Part shown: positions 38,420-49,486 of the stretch, piece after piece
How positions within the stretch are numbered: position 1 is the stretch's first letter
How the letters are laid out: each line of letters begins with the position of its first letter
Origin: Chromera velia
Lineage: Eukaryota
Length of the DNA stretch: 59,884 bases
Direction: 5' to 3'
Assembly (NCBI GenBank): GCA_018398765.1
Contig: JAHBMJ010000023.1
Coordinates: forward strand, 1 to 59,884
Made by a program: the position numbers and the translations under genes
Notes under the pieces: generated by a model
Told to the model about the DNA's origin: nothing
The model's input: only the letters and a program-made list of their open reading frames with translations
The model's database searches: none

Positions 38420-39775
38420 GTGCCACACAATGATGGAGGCCTCTTCCCTCTCCAGACAACCACCGAGGCCCCCTCCCTCTCCAGACAGCCACCGAGGACC
38501 CCTCCCTCTCCAGACAAACAACTAGGCCCCCTCCCCCTCCAACACAGCCATCGAGGCCCCCTCCCCCTCCACACAAACACTGAGGCCCCCTCCCCCTCCA
38601 CACAAACATCGAGGCCCCCTCCCTCTCCAACACAAACATCGAGGCCCCTTCCTTCTCCAGACAAACATCAAGCCCCCCTCTCTCTCCACACAAACATTAA
38701 GCCCCCCTCCTTCTCCAACCTAGTCTCCAACACAAACATAAACATCGAGGCCCCCTCCCTCTCTACACAAACATTGAGGCCCCCTCCATCTCCATCCATG
38801 CATCGAGGTCCTCTCTCATTCCAGTTATCTCCAAGGAAAGGAGAGGATGTCTGCAGAAGCTAAAAGAACCTGCATACCATAGAAAAGGGGGCACAAAAGT
38901 GAGCAACAGATGGGCACACATACACACGGAGACGGCAGTTTTATGCCTTGCCGAGGGCAGACCTGTCAGGAGCTGAAACAGACACAGAAGCTATCACAAA
39001 AGAGAATTTAAGGGAAAAACAAAAGAGGTAACCGCCAGTACGGGTAAACAGAAGGGAGAGTCAGTCAGATTTTAAGGCACCTTCCCCTCCCCCTGAGAGG
39101 GGGGGGAAGTTGCCTCAAGTGGTATCCAGATGAGGCAACCTCCCCCCCCTTCTCAGGGGGGGGGGAAGTTGCCTTGAAATCTGACTGACTCTCTCTTGTG
39201 TAGATGAGGCAACCTCCTCCCCCCCCCTAGGGAAAGTCGGAGACAAAAGTAAGAAAACAGACACTCAAGAGGGAGGGGGCCTAGTTGTTTGTATGGAGAG
39301 GGAGGGGTCCTTGATGTTTGTGTGGGGAGGGAGGGGGCCTAGTTGTTTGTGTGAAGAGGGGGGGGGCCTAGTTGTTTATGTGAAGAGGGAGGGGGCCTCG
39401 GTGGGTTGTCTGGAGGGGGGGGGGTCCTCGGTGGTTGTCTGGAGAAGGAGGGGGCCTAATTGTTTATGTAGGGAGGGAGAGGGCCTCGATGGCTGTGTGG
39501 ACAGGGAGGGGGCCTCGATGGTTGTGTTCGAGAGGGAGGGGCCTAGTTCTTTATATGTGGAGGGAGTCTCAGAGGGCCTCGATATTTGTGTGGGGAGGGA
39601 GGGGGCCTTGATATTTGTGTAGAGAGGGAGGGGGCCTAGGAGGGGGCCTCGCTGTTTGACAATGTATGGAGAAGGAGAGGGCCTCGATGTTTGTATAGAG
39701 AGGGAGGGGGCCTCGGTATTTGTGTGGAGAGGAAGGGGCTTGATGTTTTTGTGGAGAGGGAGGGGGCTTCAATGC
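38420..39775. repeat. Two inverted arrays of a ~29-bp minisatellite (38420-38815 and 39270-39775)
   Basis: Unit cgaggccccctccctctccacacaaacat on the left, its reverse complement on the right. Confidence 0.9.
39056..39195. mobile_element. Small hairpin MITE
   Basis: gagagtcagtcagattttaaggcaccttcccc...gaagttgcctca / tgaggcaacctcc...ggggaagttgccttgaaatctgactgactctc. Confidence 0.75.
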
Positions 39776-42700
39776 TTATATGGAGTTTTTTTTATCGGAT
39801 TCTTTCTCGCTGTCTGCTTGTTTTTACCAGTATAGCTACAGTGGACGAATTTCAATTTCAATTTTTATACATACATTTGGCCCGCATAATTTGGGACCTG
39901 GCATCGCTGGCAACCGCTATGATGAATAAATGTATATAAACAAATATAAACAGAATGTAATACACATTCAAAATCATATTCTTGATAATGTATTTAATTT
40001 TTAGAGTTTTCCAGTATATGTATATATTTTTAAATATATAGATTAGAGTATTTTAGTAAAAATTCTTTGAATATTTCAAAATATAAATTTTTAGTGTATG
40101 TATGTATTATTGATTGATTCAACTTAATTTAGATTCAACTCTATGTATTTACTTTCTATTCTTCTTTATCTTAATATATTGACTCATTATTTCACATTAA
40201 ACGAATTATAACTATTTAATACTGTTTTTCAAATGTCCGACTTGTCTGCAAAAGTTCACTTACCATTTCACAGGCTTTCTCCTGATTGGCCTACAAGCTT
40301 CTCTTTTGAAAAAAGCTGAAGGCCTCTCTCTATGAATAGTATCTGTACACATTTTTTCAGATGCAGAAAGAAGTAAAAGGGATGCAACTCTGTTCTTCTT
40401 CCCTTCTTCAGTTCATCCTCCACTCCTCCTCTCAAGTAATGAATAACAGCCTGCCCAATCGCCTCCTTCCTCTAAGACTTTTCTTTCAGTGCCTTTCTTA
40501 CCCATCTGATCGTCCTCTCTGCCACTTCAATGTTAATTGGAAACATCCTGCCCTCCATCAATGTAGTGTCTGCACTTTCCGTCTTCCTTAGCCCCAAGAC
40601 CTACGGTGACCTGACAAAGCATCTTTATTTTTCATCGAATTCTGCACAGGCCCTGTCTGTGTATGGGTGTATCTTGTATCCATACATCTACACTGCACGC
40701 ACCATCTGGTTAAATAAATGAAAACATTCAGCAAGTGACACCGCTGGCTCTTTGGCTAACTTTCCTATCAATTCTTGCATGCATCTCTCTGCTCTCACTG
40801 CTCTATCTACCATTATTATGTCGCATTACGTCAATGTTATAGTTTGAGGGAAGAACCAAACCTAAAAATGGCTGTGCTTTCTTTTTTTTTAGTACCATAC
40901 TGCCTATTCTGATCTCTTCTATCTGCTTTTGCGTTTTAAACCTCAGTACCCTTGATTTGTCAGAAAAGAGGAGACGGAGCAGCTCTGTGTACTTCCTCAA
41001 TCCCTCCAGCAATTAATTTAATTCTTTGTCTATTATATCATGTCGTCTGCAAATAGCATAGAGAAAAAATTGACCCACCTCCCATCCTCTCCGACAGGTA
41101 CTTTCAGTCTTTCTCCCTGTTCTCTTATTCTTCTTTTCCTAGCCCTCCCTTCCTTTCTTACTCTCTCCGACAGGTCGTGTACGTATCCTTTGAAAAAAGT
41201 AGGCCCGCTGGACCCCCCTTGTTTTATCCCTAATATCTGTTCTGGATACCACTTTCCTATCCCTTCCACTCTTGCTCTTACTTTCTCGAGTGATGCCAAG
41301 GCCCATCGGATTAACTCCTCTGAAACCCCTGCCTCTCTCAGTTGCTGCTCAAGCTTGCTATGCTTGACTTCGTCAAAAGCTCAAATAAAATCAACGAGGG
41401 CCACAATCACGAAGAGATGGTGTATAATCACAAACACAAGAAGAAAGATGGCATTGCACGTTCCTGCTTTCTTTCTGTATGTAAACTGCCATGGGTTCTG
41501 CCTTCAAAGTTGCTTCTCTATCTACATTATTGCCGAGAATCGTGTCCCCTCATTTTGCGTCTGCACATCCAAGGTGTACGTTTCTCCATCCCCCCATTAC
41601 TGCCTGTGACTTGCCAGGTTTTACCAATACCGTTACCGGTAAATCATTCCATCCTTCTGGCCACCATGCATAACGAAAAGAAGCATTGATCAAATCAGCA
41701 TATACATTCATGATCACCTGGGATTTTTCATGCAACCTGAGCAGACCCGGAGGCATTCCATCCTTGCCAACAGCTTTTTTAGGATTCCCTGCTTTCTTCA
41801 TTGCCTCTCTCACTTTCTTTTCGGTAGCTATCTAGCTTTGTATTCTTTTCTTTTATTGCCGTGCATCTTTTATATTCTTCTTTCTTTTCTGTTTTGGAAT
41901 CTTTAGTCTGTTTCCACTTCATCTTCTGAGAGTTTTATCTGTTTTTCCCACCTTGTCGCTAATTGGTGCATCGTGAGACAGTGTCACTATCCTTCATCCT
42001 CCTCAGTTCTCTTTTCTTGTCTTCTGTTCCGAGTCTCCTCCAGACCCTCCAGCATCCTCCTTCTCCTATTTCTTTCCTTATTCTTTGTACTTTTCTCATT
42101 GTTTCTTTGGATGCTTCCTTTTTCCTAATCCTGATCCTCTATCTCTCTACCTCTTCTAGTTGTTTTCTTCTCTTTTCGTATTCTCTCTACCATCTCTTTT
42201 CTTACCTTTTTGCTGTCCACTTGCCTTCGTGCTGCATGCACTCCTGAATTTTTGGTAGAACGTCTTTAAAAAGTGAATTTTATGGTTTTTAAAGGGGGTT
42301 TTAGCGTGGTTTTAGGGGGGTTTTTGCCTCTTAAAAGAAGACTTTTTGCCTATAAATGAATTTTTAGCAGCTCATAACCAAAATATGAACCAATGGTTCA
42401 TGAGTGCGTGCAGCGTGCTCGCTTTTCTTCTGTTTCAAGTTTTTCATTCTCCTCTTAATCTTCGTTTCGAGTGCTCTTATTTTCCTTTGCTCTTCCTTAC
42501 CTATTTTCACTGACTCATCAGCTTCTAAGGCTTCTTCGTTCCCGTTTTTTTCCCTCTTCTTTTGTTGCCTTAGTGCCCATTTGTATGTTTCCTCTCTTAC
42601 CTGTCTCATTTTCTTGTATGCTCTCTCTAATGCTTCTCTCTCTACTGTTTCTCCTTTTTCCCTCCCATTTGCTTCTCGAAATACCTCCCCTATCTTCTTT

Positions 42701-43172
42701 ATAATGACTCTCTTTTCCAATTCTTCTATAAAATCTATTTCCATTCTTTGTGTAAAAGTTCTTTTCTATCTGGGTCTTATTCTGTCCTCGTCTTTTTCTG
42801 TTTCTTTGAAATTTAATGGTCCTTTCCCTCCTTTTTTCTGTTTTTGCCTTCTGTTCTTTCCTTTTTCTTTTCTCTCTTCTTTCTTTTCCCTCTCTTCTTA
42901 TCGTGGTTTCTTTTTTCCTCCTTCAAGGGTTAGTCTCAGACATACATGATCAAAAAGCTAGTCAAAAGGTGCACTCATCAGCATATACAATGAAAAGGAT
43001 ACATAAGACAGAATCAAACAAGGAGTTACGGATGCATAATTGATGAGAGATTCGCCCGCCCCTGCACTTTGATAGGTGCACTGACCATCAAAAGCAAAGT
43101 CGTGCTCCCTCCCCTAGGTTCCCCGTACATAAAAAAATAAAAAAGTTAATTACTCAAAATCATTTTTACTTT

Positions 43173-43206
<34 letters not shown>

Positions 43207-43209
<3 letters not shown>

Positions 43210-43590
43210 GGCATGGTCTTTAGTCAGTTTAGTTCTTTAGTTAGTTCACATTTTTTTTGTAAAACTAAACTAACTAACTAAATTGTGAACTAAACTAGTG
43301 CTACTATAATATGGTTTGTAGTTCAGCTACATGGAACGACAGAATATACCGGATCCTATCCAAACTCTGAAGTTAAGCTACATGAGGCCCGGTTAGTCTT
43401 AAACTAAAAAGGGTTTGATCAAGTCATGATTCTTGCCATTGCTTAGCAAGCGGGGGCATGGCTAGGGGGCGCGGTTGTAAACGCTGGTGACATCCTAGTG
43501 TCCAATGTCTGTTTAGTTAGTTTAGTTAGTTAGTTAGTTCTCTATGAGGTCATAAACTAAACTAACTAACTAACTAAAGACCACGCCTAA
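43207..43590. mobile_element. Nested MITE with TTAGGC termini, (TTAG)n subterminal repeats, 4-bp TSD (ATTT)
   Basis: ttaggcatggtctttagt / actaaagaccacgcctaa; attt on both flanks. Confidence 0.75.
43342..43400 (+). pseudogene. 5S rRNA-derived fragment
   Basis: gaatataccggatcctatccaaactctgaagttaagctacatgaggcccggttagt matches the eukaryotic 5S central consensus (recalled from memory) ACACCGGATCCCATCCGAACTCCGAAGTTAAGC....AGGC..GGTTAGTA, including the box A region. No intact 5' or 3' end. Confidence 0.75.
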
Positions 43591-43988
43591 ATTTTTTTGA
43601 AGCAGGCACTTTAAGTTCGAAGCTCAAAGCTCAGCTGACCTACAAAAAAAAAAATAAAAAAAATAATTCAGGTTTTGACCGAGATTCATTTATTTATTTT
43701 TTTATGTATGGGGAGCCTAGTCCCTCCCTCCCTCCTTGAGTGCATACTTCTTGAGGCCATTCAGTGAGACCAGTCCGAGGTCTTCGCAGAATTTAATAAA
43801 CACTGTCAGCTTTCCTTTTCGATTTTCTATTTCATTTTTGGATGCTCTCTCTGGTTGTATCTATGCATTGGCTTCTTTTTTTAGCTGTCAGAATAGTAAC
43901 TATTAATCCAGAATAGTAAACTATTCAACACTATTCTCTCAAATATTTTTTTATGTTTTAAATTTTTTGTACTGTGAATATAGTTTAC

Positions 43989-43990
<2 letters not shown>

Positions 43991-44019
<29 letters not shown>

Positions 44020-45306
44020 AGGATGCTTAACCCCAGTTGGAGCACTAAGCTCCCGGGCGGCACATACATGCATGGTTGTTGTTTGTTAAGTCGCGGATAG
44101 AGTTGATGAGTTAATCACTTTCTAGAATTATGAGACAGATATCAAAGAGACAGGCCGGATGCGAGCGTAGAAGCGATCGAATGACATTACGGATGAAGAG
44201 TTCAGATATACTTGCACTGGGGGGTAGACAGTTACAATCATTTGAATTAATGGATTCCAGCTCAGCCAGGCAGTGCAGGAATTCTCTTTCATCCAGCCAC
44301 TTGGTACATGAAAAAAGTTTATGTATGAAATCATTAACACATCGAATACAAGAATCATGTACATAGAGTTTGTGGTCGCTACATTTAATAGACAGAGCAC
44401 TGCTTTCGCCTTGTGGGTTAAATGAGAGCAGACGTAAGAAACCAAACAGAGAGCCGTCGGTTACTGTGAGAGCAGATCGAGGGAGGGCGGAAAAGGAGTA
44501 AAGACCAGAGGCAAATTTGTTACAAAGAAGAAACACAAACATGCGATGAGAGGAGGGAAAAGCTTGTTGAAGGGGGGTGAGCTTGGCAAGAGGAGGGAAA
44601 TGTGAAGAAGCGATAGCCTCCGCCCACCGCATGCAGACCTCTTCTGCAACTGTATGTCCAGCTCTGCCCTTAAAAAAGAGAGAGCCGGTGCTTTGAACTC
44701 TCCGTCGCTGCTGCCCGCTGGTGCCAGGGTGTTGTGGCACTCCTATCCCCAACGAACAAACAAAATCTAGACCAGCCCAACGAAGCAGCCGCAAGGAGGC
44801 TCTCGAAAACTCTGGATAACTGTTTCCCTTCCAGGCACGCAGCATTGCAGCGGGAACAGTGTGCATGGTTTGTGAGAGCGAGCACCACCAGTTGGCCACT
44901 CTAGAACACAGTAGAGCTTTTGCAGGAAGCAGGCCAAAAGTACATAGGGAGGGCAAACGAAGACTGCGAGCAGACAGACGGCCAGACCAACGTGCAAAAC
45001 GGAGCTGCAAAGCATCGATTACAAAAAGATTGGCATCACGAAGAGGGAAGCATTCGAGGTAGTACAGTGCGACAGGGAACCAACATGCTCTAAAATTTAT
45101 ACAGACTAAAAACAGTCATCTGTGCATCTACACTGAGGGGACCCATGCTGGCAATCAGACCAAACACAGCCCGCAGGGCGCGGGAGGCCAAAGCAATACG
45201 TGATTCAACTGTCTCACTAAGGCATCCCCCCTCAAAGAACAGGCACCCTAGGGACTTGTATTCCATTGCCCATTCAACCTCTTTCCCTAAGGCTTCATAT
45301 ACTATC
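43991..45306 (-). mobile_element. Non-LTR retrotransposon family B, 5'-truncated copy with (TAAC)n tail
   Basis: ORF 44111-45010 plus the upstream MEYKSLGCLFF segment; colinear with 4705-6800; (GTTA)n at 43991-44018; flanked by a ~72-bp direct repeat. Confidence 0.8.
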
Positions 45307-45689
45307 AAACTATTCAACACTATTCTCTCAAATATTCTTCGACGTTTTAAGTTTTTTGTACTATGAATAGTTTACTATTCATGAATAGCATACTGTTCTA
45401 ATTCCCTGTCTAGAAATAGTTTGAATAGTGTACTATTCACACTGTCAGCCGACCTATAGATGTGGTACATCCCCCCCCCCCTCCCCCTTCTCACCATTCC
45501 TTCCCATTCGTCCCCTTCATCGTCTCTTTTCCTCCCTCCCCATACCATCAGAGGCACCTTGCTTGCTGTCCTGGCATAATGACAATAATAATTATACAGA
45601 TTATCAAAATTTATTTACAAATTGTGGCTAAAATATTTTGTTCATTGATGAAATAATGATATAAAAAGACTTGCAAAAACATCAATTGA

Positions 45690-47355
45690 AAGTTAGCCAG
45701 AGAGCCAGCCGTGCCGCCGGCAGAATGTTTTCATTTGTTTAAGCAGACGGTACGTGCAGTATGGATGTATGGATACGAGATACATCCATGCATAGACAGG
45801 GCCTGTGCAGAATTCGACGAAAAATAAAGACGCTTTGTGAGGTGGGTCTTGAGGCTAAGGAAGACGGAAAGTGCAGACACTACATTAATGGAGGGCGGGA
45901 TGTTTCCAATTGACATTGAAGTGGCAGAGAGGATGATCAGATGGGTAAGAAAGGCACTAAAAGAAAAGAGGAAGGAGACGATTGGGCAGGCTGTCATTCA
46001 TTGCTTGAGAGGAGGAGTGGAGGATGAACTGAAGAGGGGAAGAAGAACAGAGTTGCATCCCTTTCACTTCTTTCTGCATTTGAAGAAATGCATACAGACA
46101 CTATTCACAGAGAGAGGCCTTCATCCTTTTTCAAAAAAGAAGCTTGCAGGCCAGCCAGGAGAGATAGGGACACACGCAGTGAATGAAAGAGTAGATAGGA
46201 TAGAAAGATGGATTGTAAGCAAGACAGATAAAGAAATAAAAGAGAGGAAGAAAGAAATCTTCAGGTGGAGAATTGAGAGGGGAGTGAGAGAGAGAGATAG
46301 AAGAGAGAGAGAAAAAGGAAGAAAAGTCCATATGGCATATATACACCGAACAAAAGCAAACGGAAACAGATTGCAGCTCATTTTGTTTGAAAAGGCGTCA
46401 GAAGAAAGACCAAGAGAGGGAATGAAAATAGAGAAAGAAAAACTTGGACAGGTGCCCTTTTCTTATAGAAGGGTAGCACCAAGAGGAGAACACAGAAGGA
46501 GAGCAGCCTGCAGAGTAAGAGACAGGACATTAGCGGGAACAAAGGGAAAAGTGCCAGAAAGAGGAGGGCAGAGAGTGCCGTTGGAGGAGAGACTCTGCCC
46601 TTATTGCAAAGGATGGATGGAAAGAGAGGTGTTGGAGGACGAGATCCATATGCTGACTGAGTGTCCGATTTATGATAGAGAAAGAGCGCACATGTATAGA
46701 ACATTAGGAGCAGACTGGAATAAGGGAAGAGAAAAGAGAGCAAGAGAAGTTTGCAGAGAGAAAAGAGAAAAACAAAGAGGAAGACTGCACACTGAGGCTC
46801 TGTTCAAATTATTGATGAACGAAGGGCATAGTGCGGTGGATGAGTTTCTGGGGAGGGCGGCGTTCAGAAGAAGAGTGTTCAAGGAAAGCCCAGGAAGGTG
46901 CGCACCTGGAAGCTCGTTGCATGAAACAGTGCTGGCATAGAGATACGGAGTGATCACAAAAAGAAAGGGAGGAACGAAAAGAAGAAAAGAAAAATACAAG
47001 ACCATCCTGAAAGCAATGGAAGCAGGAAGACGGCTGAGGGAGGGAGAAGGAGAAATCGCTGAGAGAAGAATGGAGAGAGGGCGTGCACAAAGCTAAAGTG
47101 TCCTTGTCCTGTGTCATTCAATCAATTTTTGGAGCAGTCCCTTCTGAGCAGCCCATAGAGCAAAGCATGCAAAGCGCAGACAGATTGTTGTTTGTTAGCG
47201 GCCTGGGAAACCAGGCAGGCCACGGGGTGTGGTCTGAGCCTCAGCGATGAGGTACACCCCCCTGCCGTTTGCGGGGGCGACCTCTATAAGACAAAACGGC
47301 GACAGTGCTCTAAAGTACCACTAATCACTAACCACTAATCACTAATCACTGATTA
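45690..47355 (+). mobile_element. Non-LTR retrotransposon family A, 5'-truncated copy with intact C-terminal ORF and (CACTAAT)n tail
   Basis: ORF 45837-46940 contains RVPLEERLCPYC-x10-DEIHMLTECP, a LINE ORF2 CCHC finger. Tail ccactaatcactaaccactaatcactaatcact at 47318-47350. Confidence 0.85.
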
Positions 47356-49486
47356 AGACGTTGGATACTCATTCAATGTATTTTACTTTTTGACCCCAAT
47401 AATAATTATCAAAAACCGATATTCACTATTTAAGAATTTAAATGAGGGTAATAATTATTTTTTTACCCGCGAGTTATCTCACTAATGATGCTGCATTAAT
47501 TTTTGTTTAGATTCTAGCCTAGTTTTTGCATTTATCAATTAAGCCTTTGCTAGAGCCTTTGTTTTCACCTAGGTTTTCGTATGCAAACATTTTTTTAAAT
47601 CTCTATTTATCTTATCTTCAAGCTCTGGGTCGGTTCTCAGAGGCTTTATCGTTTGCCAAATGTCTCTTAGAGCGTCTCTTAGATCTCTTCCGCATTTTAT
47701 TTCCTGCAGCCTTTTCCATATCTTGTCTGTTCCATCTTTATTCCACGATCTTTCCAGAGCTTTCTCGCCGCAACAGTATTATCCTTTCATTTCCCTTCCT
47801 TTGAATCCTTTCATTTCTTTTCTTTTCCGTTGCGTCTCTCCCAATTTCTTGACAAACTCTTCATTCAAGTTCATCAAATTAACGACCTTTCCCTCCTCAT
47901 CCCACTCTGTCGTTGGATTCATTGCATGGAAGCTCCTCCTGCAGGCCCGGCCGGGGACGTCCAGATTCAACCGCCGCTTGACGAACAGCGTCGACGCACC
48001 CCTTCTCTTCTCCTCTCCTCTCCTCTCCTTAACAATGCCGGTTACCGTGCATGACTGTCCTGAAAGGAGTCGCACAACAAAACAAGAGTGAATGAATGGG
48101 TGAATGGGGAAAGAATACCGACGCGGAACGATTTGAAAGCAAAACAGCCGTGCAGTGAATCAAAGTCAAACAAAATCACATTCAAAAACAAACTCGACTG
48201 TTCAGACGGACACACAGTCAGAGACACAGACACAGACACACACGGACACAGACAGCCAGGCCCATAGAAAGAGAAGAGACGGAGAGAGTCCACAATAATA
48301 ATTCACCACATCGATTCGGAGACAGCTGTCTTCAGAGCTAGCTAGGCATCATGCAGAATTAAACTGAGGACTGAATGAATCGATTCGACCAGACACACAC
48401 TCACCTTATTTCCTCCTGTCGTCCCCGTTCACCGCCACAAGCCACCGCAGGGCCCCGCAAGATGCTCCCTCCACACACCCACCGCCCGCTGGTCAGGACG
48501 GGACGGATCCTCTACGCATGCACCCGAAAGCACCCAATGGCATGCACACCGCCCCAGGCAACGGTTACCAACCCATCTCCCCCCTCCTCAGCCGAGTCCA
48601 GTCAAAGCCGCCAGGCCGGGCCCCCCCTCGGATCCCTGGAGGACCTTTGAGAGAGACAGACTCTTTTCTTTTCTTTCTCCGCAATCCAATCGATCTGCTG
48701 CAACTGCAAGCTTGTGTCATGGAATCAATCACCTGGAACGGCAGGGGAGAGACAGAAGGGAGGGAGAGAAGGAGAGAGAGAGACACACCCTCACACAAGC
48801 ACCGGGGCGGTGGTTGGCAGAAAACAACAAACAAGCGAGGCGCTCTTCGAAAGGTGGGTGCGTGAAACATTCGTTAGTCGCAGTTTCTACCCGGAGCCGG
48901 CCTCTGAATCTCCACCTCCCCTGGTGCTTCCCCCCCAACGCAGGTTTGTTTTCTTTGGGACGTCGGAAGAAAAAAGGAAAGCCTAAGAGCGAACAGACCA
49001 GCCAGTCAACAAAATTGCACGGTCAATCGAACAAAGAAGCAATCACAAACGTCAACAAACCACATCCAGTCACTGCTTACACATGCGCAAACACAACAAA
49101 AACCAAAACAAATCCGAGGCAAAGACCGGAGGACGTCGGAGTAACAAGACAAGAGAAGGTTCAATGAGAAAAAAAAAAAAAAAAACGGCCGGCCAAAAGG
49201 GAACGCCCCCCCTCCCACGATCGAGGCCGAAAGAAGAGCCATGCATGCAGCCTCGAACAGCAGACCCCCCCCTTCCCTCTTGAGAGGAGAGGAGAGGCCC
49301 GCCCGGGGAGGAATTGTGCCGATTGCTCGTCTCTGCCCTGACGAAGGGGGCCCGTTAGAAACGGTTTTGATTGATGGGTTGAGAGGTTCAAAAGGGGGAG
49401 ACGGCCACCCATGCACATGCTGCACGCATCAAGCATTCGTTTCGGTAGCCTTTCTGATCAAATTGATTGTTGTTCTATCAGCAAAT

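Larger units (their letters stand above)
35891..40098. mobile_element. ~4.2-kb foldback element with AT-rich TIRs, inserted in the right TIR of the 8.4-kb element
   Basis: 35891-36115 is inverted at 39890-40098 (ttctgtttatatttgtttatatacatt / aatgtatataaacaaatataaacagaa; gtgccaggtccca / tgggacctggca). Flanks are tgtatgt on both sides. Confidence 0.7.
31892..40277. mobile_element. 8.4-kb TIR DNA transposon (long TIRs, 4-bp TSD TCTC), non-coding, with nested inserts
   Basis: aagcctgtgaaatggtaagtggacttttgcggacaagtcggac... (31892-32075) is inverted at 40100-40277. tctc at 31888-31891 and 40278-40281. LINE A resumes exactly on either side. Confidence 0.9.
23984..42950 (-). mobile_element. Non-LTR retrotransposon family A (degenerate), split into segments 23984-25112, 31784-31891, 40278-~42950 by two DNA transposons
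   Basis: RT motifs KAVGKDGMP, GIKQGGSSGPTFF and LFADD at ~41040-41800. The segments rejoin colinearly with the + copy at 45690-47355. Tail repeats at 23984-24003. Confidence 0.85.
43114..43720. mobile_element. MITE with CTAGG termini and 4-bp TSD (TCCC), containing a nested MITE
   Basis: ctaggttccccgtacataaaaaaataa / ttatttttttatgtatggggagcctag; tccc at 43110-43113 and 43721-43724. Confidence 0.75.

Noticed and set aside
47779..48650. Additional 3' exons of the exonuclease gene
   Set aside because: Splice-like signals exist, but the candidate exon has stops in all three frames and no Mut7-C motif is visible.
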